The notes: generated from the letters alone by a model not told the origin. Counted from the first letter of the whole stretch, positions 38,126-51,296 are shown. The stretch: 63,758 nucleotides of DNA, filler included, from Rhabdomonas costata (GCA_019059605.1; 30 parts of 30 records of this genome joined end to end with filler, not necessarily neighbours in it), one strand, 5' to 3'. Made by a program: numbers and translations.

Positions 38126-39113
38126 ATTGAATATTCATTTTAACCACTATATTTAATAACTTCAAATATATTTTTTCGCAAGTGTGCATCAGGTCTAGTT
38201 GAATCAACAACCAACNNNNNNNNNNNNNNNNNNNNNNNNNNNNNNNNNNNNNNNNNNNNTTAATTAATTAANNNNNNNNNNNNNNNNNNNNNNNNNNNNN
38301 NNNNNNNNNNNNNNNGTGGGGTGGGGGCAGGGTGCGCTAGGTATAGTTTTGCCGAAAGTCGACCCGGCCGAAAGCCTGTGATCAGTATGCGAGAAAAAGA
38401 TCCAAAAAGTGCCCTGGTGGAAATGGCACTAATGGCTCCGATCATCTTTCCCGCCCCAAGCATGCGCAAGCTGGGGAATTTTAATTCAGGTGCACAAAAA
38501 TTATGCAGAACCGAACCGAACGGAACCGAGGCGAAGGCCGACGCTCAGGATCACCATTATCACCATGGTTGGGGTATTCAAGGGGAGCACACAAGCCCAA
38601 AACGAAACAGCTCGAATGAAGAAAGACAAAGTCGGATGTACCTTCCACAAGGTCAACATCTCAACCGCAGTCAAAAACAGCCAGTGAGTGGCAACAAATT
38701 GGCTTGCTGTTAGAGTGTTGCAATGTTGCGAGGAGAAAGATGATTCCTCAGCTTCATTCTTGCTGCGACAAAAAGCGAACCCGAAACTCGAAGTGAGAAC
38801 TCGACTCAACATCGAAGTTCTCACGGGATACTAACATCAAATAGTAACAACGAAAGACGTTATAGAGGAAAAAAGGCAAAGTGCTACAATGGGACACAGC
38901 AGGAACCCTAACTTGCAAATAACATTCCAACCATCTTGACCTGGGGCCACACCACATCCGCATAAAAACTTCACAACCTGCGAACACTTGACGTTTTGTT
39001 TTTTGCTTCAACAGTGCCATCCTGAATCACGATGCCTTGTTCACCAACCCGTGGCAAATCGACTTCTTAATCTTTATGTCTGAGCGAGGCAGGCTCAAGA
39101 GTGCGAGTCTTTT

Positions 39114-40223
39114 CTACCACCAGTACAAGGGATACTGCCGCCCCTTGGGAAGGTTGTTCAACACCACGGCAAGCCCCAGCATCACCAGCGTACCAGAGAG
39201 GGCGGGCATGACAACGTACAGATAGCCTGCGCTCTTGATCTGCTCAGAGCCCAGGACGGCTAACAGCGCGGTAGCTCCACCTGCCGTTGACAGAAAGTGA
39301 ACATCCGCTGTTGACCAACACCTAGGAGGAGTCCTTACAATGCACCCAAAATCGCAAGCTACATATAATTCAAGCAATGAAAAGACTGCGCACGTTACTG
39401 TAGAAAACTGTTTGCGCTTAGTGTGGCAATACCATACCATACCATACCATACCATACCATACCATACCATACCATACCATACCATACCATACCATACCAT
39501 ACCATACCACATGACACCATAACGTTTCATACAACACAACCATACAACACAACACAATACGATACCGTACTAAACCATACAATACATCACAATACGCAAG
39601 ATACCGAGACACATGACACTTTCCTCACGCACTCGACCCGTTTCTCGAGAACGGCACGGGATGCGATACAGTAGGTCGTTCCCAACAAAAGCCCTGCAGT
39701 GAGACAATGCCAAAGGAGATGCGGTTCGTTGTCCATCCAATAAACATGCGGGAACCCCAACAATGAGAGATCTTGAAAACCTTGGAAGACTCCACGCAAA
39801 AGAAAGATCGAGGTGGAGAGAGGATGCGCAATAAAACCAGCACAAACAGGCCCGTAGCACCATGCCTGGTGGGTGTGCAGCATTGGCCAGGCTCATCAGG
39901 AAAACGGCCGAGGCCACCGCCAGCCCCGATGAGAAGCACCGGAAGGCATACGGGTCCCCAAACGCAGAGAAGATCTTTTGCACCGTCACTCCCGCGAGGG
40001 CAGAGAGGACCTGCCCCAGCACAACATTTCGGGGCTGCGCCGCCGGGGCAGTGATCAGTTCATACAAAAGCACCGCAGAAGCCCCGAAGGTGGGCACGAT
40101 CATCACCAAATCGGTGCTTTCAAGAGCGTTGAAGTGCAACGCCCCCACCGTGGTAATCCCAATGAAGGTGAAGAGGGCAGACCACAGCCATGTTCCTTCG
40201 CAGGACCAATGCAGGCTTTCGCG
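39114..40223 (-). CDS. HPP-family integral membrane protein, last two exons (39866-40223, 39114-39280)
   Basis: FGASAVLLY...APAAQPRNVVLGQ...HPPG|GATAL...NNLPKGRQYPLYWW*. The HPPGGATAL motif is restored only by a GC-AG intron at 39865-39281. Confidence 0.9.
39429..39510. repeat. (ATACC)n microsatellite in the HPP intron
   Basis: Directly visible. Confidence 0.95.
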
Positions 40224-40448
40224 CTATCAGCGAACAGAATAGAACCGGCAGCAATATGGTCGAACAACCCAGCAGCCTCCACCTTGTTCGGCGGACCAAA
40301 TCTGCGCTCATCAGAATCAGAGCATAGCTTGTCAAATGTTTCCANNNNNNNNNNNNNNNNNNNNNNNNNNNNNNNNNNNNNNNNNNNNTTAATTAATTAA
40401 NNNNNNNNNNNNNNNNNNNNNNNNNNNNNNNNNNNNNNNNNNNNGGTG

Positions 40449-40491
<43 letters not shown>

Positions 40492-41123
40492 AGGCACGAG
40501 CTCCGACCCACTTTGGTAAGCACGTTTGTTCGTAGCTTCCAATCGTGATTGCTCGCACCTAACGGGCCCACTTCCACGGCTGACGAGACTTTTCTCTTTT
40601 TCCCCAGAAAATTCTGACCGAAGTTTACGAGCACTCTGCGGAGCTGATGACAGGTCTGAACCTTTGTTTGGTGAGCCACCGTCAAACCGTGAAGCAGTTG
40701 ATGATCGCTTTTGTTCTTTTATCTCGCCTCGCGTTCTCCCTTGAGTGAGGAAAGATCAACCGCCACAGAAAAAGACAGTGGCGCTCTTGTGTTGCGGTGG
40801 CAAACTCATTATTTTGATGCTTCGCTTTGACCTCCTCTCTTCTGCTCTGCTCCGCATAACACTGCCGTGCCCCTCTTTTTTTTTTCGTGTCATTGAATGG
40901 GATTTGGGTTGCACGGCGCTGAATGATGGTATTGTCAGATATGCTCAACGGAGAGAAGAGATTTCAGATTAGTCCGGCAATTATTAGTAGCCCGGGGAAT
41001 CCGCAATGCCGAACAGAGGTCATCTGTTATGAATTCATTGCATACACGGTTCCTCCGTTTTCCTCCGTTTTTCTTATGCGCGCTTGAGGGTGTGGGTGGG
41101 TATTTGCATTGCTTTGTTGGAAG

Positions 41124-41715
41124 ATCCTTTTGGGAACTACTTGATCCAGAAGCTCCTGGAGTACTGCAACGACGAGCAGCGCACGATGATCATTCAGAAG
41201 GTCGCACCACACCTGGTGAACATCTCCCTCAACATGCATGGCACGAGAGCTGTGCAAACCCTCATCGAATGCCTGCGCACTCCAGCCCAGGTGTCTGTGG
41301 GATGTGGGATCGTATACACCCACTTCCTGCAGATAAGAAGGACCGATCCTCATCCTCATCCGAGATGCACTGGCCAGATCAATTGAAGTACGAGTCAAAC
41401 GTGAACAGAGTTAGGCTTGCGCTCTGTATTTGTGTCATATGCTATCCGTGTGTGTTTGTCGCCGGGGTGGGGGGGAACGCCCAGGCGAATGCCCATCGCA
41501 CTGCTTGATCCTTCTACCATATTGCGTTACACTGCTCCACTGACAACACGTTTCTGGTTTCTGCTCTGTTCCTAATTGCATCGTTTTCCCATCCTCCGAT
41601 GTACTGGTGCCATGTGCACCGCAATCTGTGGTGTGCAGATGTGTTGCCGCTTTGTACCGCACAGGTTCGTCTCCTGACGAAGGCCCTGGAGTTCTCTGTC
41701 GTGCAGCTCATTAAG
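41124..41715 (+). CDS. Pumilio/PUF RNA-binding protein (Puf4/5-like), exons 41124-41290 and 41665-41715
   Basis: DPFGNYLIQKLLEY...VAPHLVNISLNMHGTRAVQTLIE...Q|VRLLTKALEFSVVQLIK are consecutive PUF repeats. Confidence 0.92.
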
Positions 41716-44700
41716 GAAAGTTTGCGCCTTTGATGGGTGGGCATCGGATTGGGGGTGGGGTGATGGAACGGCAGCAGTTTGTGCTGGTTTGAGCTCAAGT
41801 TTGTGCGCAGTATGACCTCCAACTTCACTCTTGATCTGTGACTTAGGAGTATCTTTGAAAAAGAGAATAGAAAGAACACCGTTGCAAGTTGAGAAGAAAT
41901 GAGTAGGTACCTTGCCCTGTCTTCTTTCGGTCATCACTCTGCCCACGTGCACCCCATCACTGCTCCCCCTCCACTCTCACATATCACTTAGTCTCTTCCC
42001 TATACTTCCGATCCTCACCTTTCGCCTCCCTTCTCTCTGCTGTTTTCCAATCTCTCTTCACTGTTTTCCTTGTCCCCACGCGTGTGGGCTTCGGCTTCGC
42101 CCCCTCTCGGTACTCTGCCCCTTTACTGGACCATGAATTCTGTCCGTATGAACTTAGCTCGGGTTGGGGGTTACGGACGGATAATTAGCGCGCTGTTTTT
42201 TTTTTGGCAGAGCTTGTGTGGAGCACAAGTGCTTGCTCGGGATGTGGGTCCTTTCCCTGAAATCGTTTTTGCGAGTTCTGGCTTTGTGTACCTGGAGATC
42301 GCGTGATGCTTCCTGTGACTATTTCAGCGCATTGCTTTTTCCCGCATTGGAGGAAAGTCTTGCCGATCACCCTTTCCTTTTTTGTGCATGTCACTTGTTT
42401 TGGACACTGGACAACCGACTGAAGCCCCAGAAGTGTCACCTGATCCTTCTCATACCCGCCCACAGGACCTCAACGGAAACCAGGGCATNNNNNNNNNNNN
42501 NNNNNNNNNNNNNNNNNNNNNNNNNNNNNNNNTTAATTAATTAANNNNNNNNNNNNNNNNNNNNNNNNNNNNNNNNNNNNNNNNNNNNTTTGTTTTTTAA
42601 TCGGTTTAGCAGCTTTCCTTGAGTGTGGTGCTGTAGATGACACTGAACCCGCGATTGGGGGGTGAGGAGGTCCATCTGTTGGGTTTCTCAGCGGGGCGGC
42701 CACTCCAACAACAGTCCCAATGTGGATCGGCTCTACCAGGCTCCTCCTCTCGCATACACACGATGAAGTGACCTTGATCGAGCAAACCTCTCGTTCGAGC
42801 GCAGTTTCTTCTCCATTTTGAATAGTATTCAGCTTTCAGTCATCAGTAAATTAAAAACGGTGCTTCATGTTGGGATGGGGTCGAGAATGGGGATGAGGTG
42901 GAGCGTGTATGTGTGTGTGGGGGATGACGAAGGAAATGGCGTTCCTGACTCCAGCACCATGACCTCCACGTTGATCACCCAGCACTTCGTCTTGGAGATC
43001 TTTAGTGTGGCCCAAGGGAGCACGTTCTCTCCTGTTCCCCACAAAGATCAAACACGAATGCAGAGGAGCTACCTAAACGAAATTCGGGATATAAAATTCA
43101 CATCAATGGAAGAGAGAGAAACTCAAAAGGCATCCTCACACACAATTCAGTTGGACTAAAAAACAAACCGAAGGTACAACAGTATTTTGGAGAAGCTGGG
43201 GGCCTAAACGTTTAATGGCGTTTCACGACTTTGTGGATCGATGAAGACAACATTATTGTAGGGCCGGAGCTGAAGCGGACGGATAAAGACGGGGACGTGC
43301 AAGGGAGAGAGGGGAAAGCCAAAAAGTCTTTGACTGAAAGACTTTGGTGTTCAACATATTAAACACCGATTTTTTCGTGTTTCTGTCATTCCTTCCCTGT
43401 CTCTATCTTTCTCTCCTTCGGCGTACCAGAGAGGACCCTGGAGAGGTGCTGGGTCCACAGCAGGTCCTGCGTGCTGCGGTCCCCGGCCTCGAGCTCCCAC
43501 GAGCACGACGCGCTGCTGTTCACAACGACCTCTAGCCGGCCCCTGCGCACCACGCCGCCACATCTTCATCTGCACTCCGGACTCTTCAAACCCTCCCTCC
43601 CTCGCTGCCCACCATCCCACCGCTCACAATGGCTAGGGCCAGTGCCCGAGAGAGCAATGAAGGACATGACATATTGATTTTATCGATTGCATCGAATCCA
43701 TCGTAAACGATTGTAAAATTCCCTCCTCTTCTCCCATCAGGTCAACACTGACTGGTTCAGAGTCCGAATCCTTTGCGCAGCTGCTGCAAAAGGGTATATT
43801 GGTGGTGACAGCACAACAAATTACAAGTCTTCGGAAGGGTAACCAGAGTCGTCAGAGAGAAACAAAAATATTTGAGTATTGGCCCATTTTTTGTTGTGCG
43901 GTTCCAAGCATAGCCGCGATGCGCCCTGCCGAAAAACCTGGACTTCGGAAACGATGCCATCGGCTCACAGGGCGGTTGTAATGTGAGTACTGGATTGGAT
44001 TGGACGAGACAAAGCACGGAAAGTAGCAGGAGGCTGCGCTGTTCCGGAGGGAGCCACCACACACCAGTCTGGCTTCTCTGGCGCTGGGTCACCGATCGAG
44101 CACTTCACACCAACTAGAACCTCCGAAAGCCCCAGCGCCAGCCGTGCGGAGCCGTTCGCCAAGGGAATCACAGAGGTCTCTGAGCATCCCCACACCACCC
44201 CCCACAAGCTTTGCGTCTGGCAGTCAGGGTTAACCAAAAATTTAGTTTTCCGGAAAAAAAACCTTTCACATATTTTCCATTTTCTCCAATTTTGCATTTC
44301 ATTAACATTTGGACCAAATTATCAGTTTTTTTTTTAGCAAAGTGAAACAAGACTGGTTTTGTTTTCGTTTTTTTATGGTTCTTACCAGGTCGGTCAGCTT
44401 TTTTTTTTGTAAAAACTGACCGACCTGGTAAGGACCATTAGCAAACAGCCTGCATTGGTAAGTACTCCAGAGCAACCAGCACAAAGAAGCGAACACAATA
44501 AATGGAGCTAGAATAAATGAAGGCCGAATACGCATTGCGAGTTCGAGCTGAGTGGCAACCGGCAGCGTGGGCGGAGCAGCGGAGGGACGCCCACGCTAAC
44601 CGAAACATTTGCCNNNNNNNNNNNNNNNNNNNNNNNNNNNNNNNNNNNNNNNNNNNNTTAATTAATTAANNNNNNNNNNNNNNNNNNNNNNNNNNNNNNN

Positions 44701-46882
44701 NNNNNNNNNNNNNGTTGGTGCATGTTCCCTTGTTCGAGGGATACTACAAAAGGAAGCAATGTCTTTTTTCTTGCATTCGAGACAACCTGTGAAGGCTTTC
44801 TCCCTTTTCTCGTTGTACTTGCGATGTTCCCTCGTGTGTAGGGGTGTGTTTGAGGTGTATGTACAAATGAACCCCATCCCCGGTTCCCCACTTCGTTTCC
44901 ATGCCGCTCGCTTTTCTTTATTTTTTTTTTTGCGCTGTGCGGAAGGCTACAGAACACAACCGCAGCGGGTGTACAGTTCGCTTCTCCCATTTGGGCGAGG
45001 GTGAATGGGGGCCCGCATAGTGTTGACGTTGCTGCTGCGCCTTTGGCTTTCTTCTCTGAGTTCTTCGTTTTCGGGGTGGGTGCTTTAGTTCCGCAAATTT
45101 CTCGTTGTGTTGGTAGTTGTCAAACGGTTCTTGTTGAGTTTTTCACCCCATTGTAAGGCTTTGTATTTTATTGTTTGTAGCTTTGCGGTTTTCTTCTGGT
45201 TAACGGTTCTTTCAGATGACGTAAAAGTTGCAAAGGTTGAATTGATATCAATCATATTAACCTGGGTTGTCAGCGTTTCATGTGGAAAATATTGGGAATT
45301 GGATGCATGTCATACTCCAAAAAGGTTTTCTTTTGTGCAAAAAAAAAACAACGAAAAGATCCAGAGTGCTTCCGCCCAAATTACCTGTGCTGGTTTTTTT
45401 GGTTTTAGTTGCATACGCTTCTTAGGTCTCACACCTGCTACCATAAAAGGCGAGAACTGCTTTGCTAAAAGACGTCACAGCAACCTTCTAGCACGAAGGC
45501 AGCAAGAACAAACCACGCAGAAAGGCAGCAGTCACACGCAGAGGAGTGCTGAATGGTGGCAAAAACTGTGGGGTATCGAAGGGCTTCAGCAGTGAATTCG
45601 CAAACAAGAAACCGCACAAACACAGCATGGAGGGTACCATGCGCCGAGTTTGCAGAAAAGTTGCGTGCTCTGTGGTTTACGGTGATGGTGGTGGTGGTAG
45701 GTGTATTTGCGTATGTACCCTTTGAATTGCTTAGGCAAGTGTTGTATATAGGTGGAAGGTGAACGGCTCTTTCCCCTTCTTTTTCCTGCAAGAATAAAGA
45801 CCGAGCACGGTTGCGGTTTGCTTCCCTATAGTGTGCGTGTGTGTGTGGGGGGGTTCCTTTTTCACCAAGTTCTCTGGTGAAAAATGATGCCTGGCAACGG
45901 CCTTCATGGCGAGAGCTCGCTTTTACCGTTCCGCTTTTCCAAACAAAACTACTTACATTCCCAAACATAGCTACTGCCTGTGGTAAATTTGCTGCGGACG
46001 TTTAGTACCTCGCAACCAGTTTCTGTTGCCAGCTGTTTTCTCTTGGGAAGTGGATTCCCACCATTTATCGCTTTCATCTCGACCACCAGTTGCCCACCAT
46101 CTGACATACGGCACGGAGGTCTCGGAACAATCACGTGGCTCCTGCGACTTCCCCGCGCAGACAACTCGATCCGCTCCCCTCCGCTGTCCCTCCAGACAAA
46201 GCTTTCTCTTTGTGAGCGCTTTCAAAGCACCAAGGTAAGAAGGCTTCTTTCCTCCGGGTTGGCCTCGCTTTCGCTGCGGGCACGGCAGATTCTGGCATCA
46301 AGCCCTAATCGCAGATGCCCCAGCCTGCGGACTCTTGGCGCCGACTCTCGTTAGCCACCATCCCCTCTTTCACACCCTCTCGTTTGCTTCTCAAACTCCT
46401 CCAAAGTGAACTTAACCACCTTTGCTCCACAATTCGCCTTAATACGCCGGATCACGCGACCGCCTTGTGCGGGGAAAGCGTTGCAGAAACGAAAGCCAAA
46501 TTGCAGGAGCGCAGATGGGCCGAATCTAAGGGAGGGAGGCTCCGAGGAGAGGCGCGCGGGCAGACGAAGGAAACAGGCGTAAGGAGGCGCCAGGAAGGGC
46601 AGAAGAGGTGGTACTTGGCGGGGGGAAAATAGAAATGGTGGAGACCGCTGGTCTCTTGACAAGGCGCGGGCGGCAAGGAAAGGCCAAAGCCCATCACAGC
46701 AACGCACGGTGAGAACACACGCACACAACACCCCAACCAAGNNNNNNNNNNNNNNNNNNNNNNNNNNNNNNNNNNNNNNNNNNNNTTAATTAATTAANNN
46801 NNNNNNNNNNNNNNNNNNNNNNNNNNNNNNNNNNNNNNNNNTTTTTTTTTTTGCCTTGAATGCTCTCTTTATCACTGCTCAG

Positions 46883-48489
46883 CGGTGGACTGCGTCGGGT
46901 ACCTCGCCCCGCCGACGCCGTGCAGCCAGAGCTGCGGCACAGGGGTGCAGTCACAGACATTCTTCGTGCTCACCGCGGCGGCGTACGGCGGAGCGGCGTG
47001 CAACTACTCCGCCAACGCCATCCTGAGCACGGCTTGCAACACCGACCCATGCCGTATGCGTGCCCAAATCTTTGCCTGCACGTTGTAATTCGATGGCTCT
47101 GCCCCAAGGTTGCTTGCTCTTTGGGGTATTGCGAGTTTCTGGAGCGGCGCTTGTTGAATGAGTTGTCGAGCTCAGTTTGGTGAGTGGAAGAATTCACCAC
47201 CGGGGCGGAATATGATGAGGATGAGGATGCAGAGGTTTTTGCTTTCTTGTCGAGGGTGCCATTGTAAGGATAGTTACACCCCGAATCTCATACGGCTTTC
47301 TTCGCTCTGTCAGCACGAACCTGCGCCACGGCTCCCACGGTGTCGTGCGGGGAGGGGCTGGTGCTGAAATCGGACCTTAGCGGATCCCGCTGCGCCTCCA
47401 CGAACTGCACGCAGGACGAGTGCTGCAAGCCACGCATGCCTCCCTTCCCTTCCCTTCTCTCTTCCCCCTTCGATACCCTGATAGCACCCGTTTTGAACAT
47501 TCAATCATGTGCGAGAGCGGTCCAGTTCGCTGTGATCCAGCTTTTCTCGCGCTGTTTCCTTTTGTAACAGCCATATATTCCCCGAGCAGCAAGCAGGGCG
47601 GCCAGGTCAGTGGCAGCACCACGTGGAAGCCGCCGACATGCTTATTCTCCATCCGTGATCCGTGGAAAGATCAAAGCCCACACATCTTGAGTGGGGAGTT
47701 CGTGAGCCTAGATGCTTTGTTCATGTGGCGTTTGACACAGTGTCTTTATTATTTTTATTTGTGGTGCTCTATGCTCCTCACCGAAGTCAAAGAGGACCCT
47801 TTTCTTCCCAGCAACACCTCTCTGGCTTCGAAATGGGACAAAAGTGTGCGGATGAGCATTCGCACACTGGTTCTCTCAATTTCTCAGTTCCCGCGTGCGA
47901 CGTGCAGAACTTTCTGCTGACCTGTGCGGCGGGGCGGGTGAAGAGGCCCAAGCTGAGCCAGATCACCTGCAACAGCTCGACTTGTCTGGAGGCGGAGTGC
48001 TGCGAGGATGGTGATCGCCTCACTCGCACCCCCCCTCTCTCTTGCGCCCTGCCCCGTCACAGCATACCTGTCGCTGCTTTTTTGGCTGTGTTGTTCGATG
48101 TGGGCATCATGAGTCCTGGTCTTGGCTCTCTGGGCACAGGTACCATCGCAAATGTGACAGGGCACCAGTGCGGTGAAGGAAAAGTTTACTTCTGAAAGTA
48201 ATTGCGATAAACTGAAATTCAGCGCTAAACTGCGCCACACGTCTTCGTACACTGTTGTGGGCAATTCCGCGTGGTGTCTTTGAGCTCCGAAGCATCTGGC
48301 ATGACTCCACAACACTCTAACAAACTGCAACCGTGTGCATAACCACGGGACTGCATGTGCATGTGTGCACAGCGCCAACCTGTGCGAACCAGTCCGTGGT
48401 GTGCGGCACCGACGCGGTGGCGGTCAGCAGCCCCTCCAGCACCCTCTGCGCGACGCACACCTGCAACGCCACGGACTGCTGCATAAGCC
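46883..48489 (+). CDS. Extracellular Cys-rich protein: one TSP1 (spondin-like) domain plus three 6-Cys repeats
   Basis: Exon 46883-47053 reads VDC...PCSQSCGTGVQ...YGGAAC...CNTDPC. Exons 47314-47433, 47888-48010 and 48373-~48489 each read C-x6/7-C-x14-C-x4-C-x4-CC. Confidence 0.8.
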
Positions 48490-49899
48490 GTTCGTCTTTC
48501 CCCTCATCCTCTCCCCTCTGGATGCAATGGGAAACCTCTTCGCGAACTCCTGATATGCGTTTTGTGCGGAGAACGCGAAACCGTTTCCACTGACCGGACG
48601 AAGTGATGCGTTGCTCTGCCAAAAGGAAACGCTTTAGCTAAAAAAGTCATAACGAAAGAAAGGCTTGCCTCATACTTCTCGTGCTCGTTTCTCCTCCCAG
48701 ACCACACTGTCATTTGGCCGTGGGCATCCTCTGCCGGAGTGCGCAGTGGAATGTCTCCTGATTGCCTGCATCTGGGTTTTGCCAGTGTCGTGTTCTGCTC
48801 TCCATTCAATGCACTTCAATGTCATCGACCGTTTTGAACCATGGCAGAGCCCACGTGTTCGGAACACCNNNNNNNNNNNNNNNNNNNNNNNNNNNNNNNN
48901 NNNNNNNNNNNNTTAATTAATTAANNNNNNNNNNNNNNNNNNNNNNNNNNNNNNNNNNNNNNNNNNNNGTTTTTTGTGTAATTTTATCGTTTTATGTAAC
49001 GCACATTTGGCTTTTGTCAGTCCAAATGGCATAGAGGTTGTTTTCTATTGATATGAATTGGTAATTACTGCTGGAAGCTTGTCTTGAAAGACGCCTAGTT
49101 AGTCTAGTAATTCATATGGCACAGGTGCTGTGGAAACAGGCGGCACACACCTCCAGTGATAGACTATGTAGTGGAACGTTAGCTTCATACTCCTTTTGTT
49201 TACAACGGCTCTTGGATTTCGAGGTTAGTGGGCGAGTTGGTGTAGATAATCCTGGTGAGGCATGTGGCGTTTGCGCTCCAGATGTGGAATCAGTCTGCGG
49301 CAAACTCCAATAGATTGCGACACGTTGTGTGGTAGGTGATGGTTTGACACTGGAGTGGGTAATATGCTTTGTCCTTGAAGCTCCAAAACTTGGTCCAAAA
49401 CTTCCGGCTGTAGCGTCAAGGCTTAAGTGGGTGGGATTGCTTCTAGGTATGGCTAGATTTCGAGCTTGATTTAGGCATCTTTGATATGTTTGAATATCCT
49501 CTAACATGGACAATGACTGGCCTACGCCAAAAATCTGGTAATGACGCCTAATACATCAGCTTCCGACAGAAGTGACACTTGTGTAGAAATTTCCTACTGA
49601 AAAAACGCTGGAGGGTATACCACCGATGCAGAAAAGACAGTAGTGGCAGCATGTTCCTAAGAACGTGATCCAAATGCTGTATAGACAGCTCAGTAGTGGC
49701 TGACTTCCATGCAACCACAACAGTGTCCCACCACTCCAAAAAACACAATCAATCCCTACATATACACAAGCACTACATCGTTCTGATTATCAACCACCAA
49801 ATCTGTCCTCGTTTGCATAGCGAATTCTATTCACACTCGCCCATAGTTGAATTGGTTTATTTGGTCACAAATATGAAGGTTAACGTTTTGTATAGTTAC

Positions 49900-50760
49900 A
49901 AACTGCAGTGATGTTGAAATATACGACAACACGTAATGTCAGTACGATGACATTATGGCGGAAGATTTGCCGTTATCTCACACAACAGCACACGGTGTCA
50001 AATGTTGTGGTAGAAAAATTAGAGAGAGGTTGTTTGCACAACCATTGCCATGTCCAAATGCCGCGAGCGGCGATAAATATGTCTTATGGAATGTATAGGT
50101 CAAAGAGCATTTGCACAAAATCGTCACAGGTTGTGATTGTGACTTTGTGTAAATAGCCATATGCGCCATACACCATGGCATGTGTGACGCATAGTACTGC
50201 TACATGGTATGGCAGATGCATGGTTATTTTTAATCAGATAGACTTGATGCAACCACTGAAGGAGCCATGCACGATTACAATTCCACTTTTGTGCATATAT
50301 TCCAGCTTTTTGGTGATTGTAGACAAGTCTGATCTTTCACTTGTAGGATGCTGTTTATCGTTTTCTTGATCAAAAAAGGGATTATTTAAATTCCAGATTC
50401 TTCAGATTCTTTTCATTTCTTGCATTGGTTATAGAGATGGATTTGTATCGGAGAAGATTTTCAATGTATCTGGTAGACGTGGAGATGATTTGATAAAACA
50501 ACCGTGATAATCACACACAGATAGACAAATGTGCCAAATGTTCTCTGGTTTAACTATTTTTTTCGACTAATCGATGCAACTGACATTGGAGATTAAACAC
50601 ATAAATCAGGTGGTGGCAAGTCAAACAATAGGAGATGTTAAAACTGGTGCTTGCGCTCGCGTATATTTAATTATGAGGAGATGTATTGTCATCGATTTTG
50701 GTAATTCTTCTGTAGGTTCGTCGGCGAGTGAGCATATCATGCTTGGTGTCGTGGATTGTT
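49900..50760 (-). mobile_element. Possible highly decayed non-LTR retrotransposon 3' portion
   Basis: AT-rich, intronless, stop-riddled DNA. One frame reads HNL*RFCANAL*PIHSIRHIYRR, resembling an eroded CCHC finger. Weak. Confidence 0.25.
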
Positions 50761-51296
50761 TTTGAGGTAAGTATAATTGATGTGAAGTATTTGTAGCTTT
50801 TCAAAATACATGGTGATTATTTGTCTATTCACTCAACCGCTCCAAAATCTGTCTTAAAAGTGACAACGTTTCCAGAAACTTTGTCACTTTTAAGACAGAT
50901 TTTGGAGCGGTTGAGTGAATAGACAAATAATCACCATGTATTTTGAAAAGCTACAAATACTTCACATCAATTATACTTACCTCAAAAACAACCCCNNNNN
51001 NNNNNNNNNNNNNNNNNNNNNNNNNNNNNNNNNNNNNNNTTAATTAATTAANNNNNNNNNNNNNNNNNNNNNNNNNNNNNNNNNNNNNNNNNNNNGCCCG
51101 TATGCTTGCCCGTTCCGCCACGTGGACATGTGGCCGTGTGCCATCATAACTGGAGATATAATGTGGAAGCATCTGATGTCGGCGTCCTTATTTGAAAATC
51201 AGTATGGATGGCGCACATGCAAGGGATGAAGCCGTAAAAGGGCGTTGTACTTCCCCCATCAGTTTCTGCTGCAAGGGGCTTTCTTGGGGTGTGCAG

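Larger units (their letters stand above)
36188..38215. mobile_element. Polinton/Maverick or Polinton-like-virus (PLV) fragment
   Basis: The contig is strongly AT-rich, intronless and gene-dense, unlike the host contigs, and it encodes a packaging ATPase. Confidence 0.7.

Noticed and set aside
38058-38207. Near-perfect palindrome after the ATPase stop, suggestive of a viral hairpin telomere
   Set aside because: It copies coding sequence exactly and sits at a contig end like the other foldbacks, so self-priming during amplification is the simpler explanation. Only the short central hairpin may be genomic.
50756-50991. Perfect inverted repeat of about 110 bp
   Set aside because: Exact copy ending at the contig terminus; foldback artefact.
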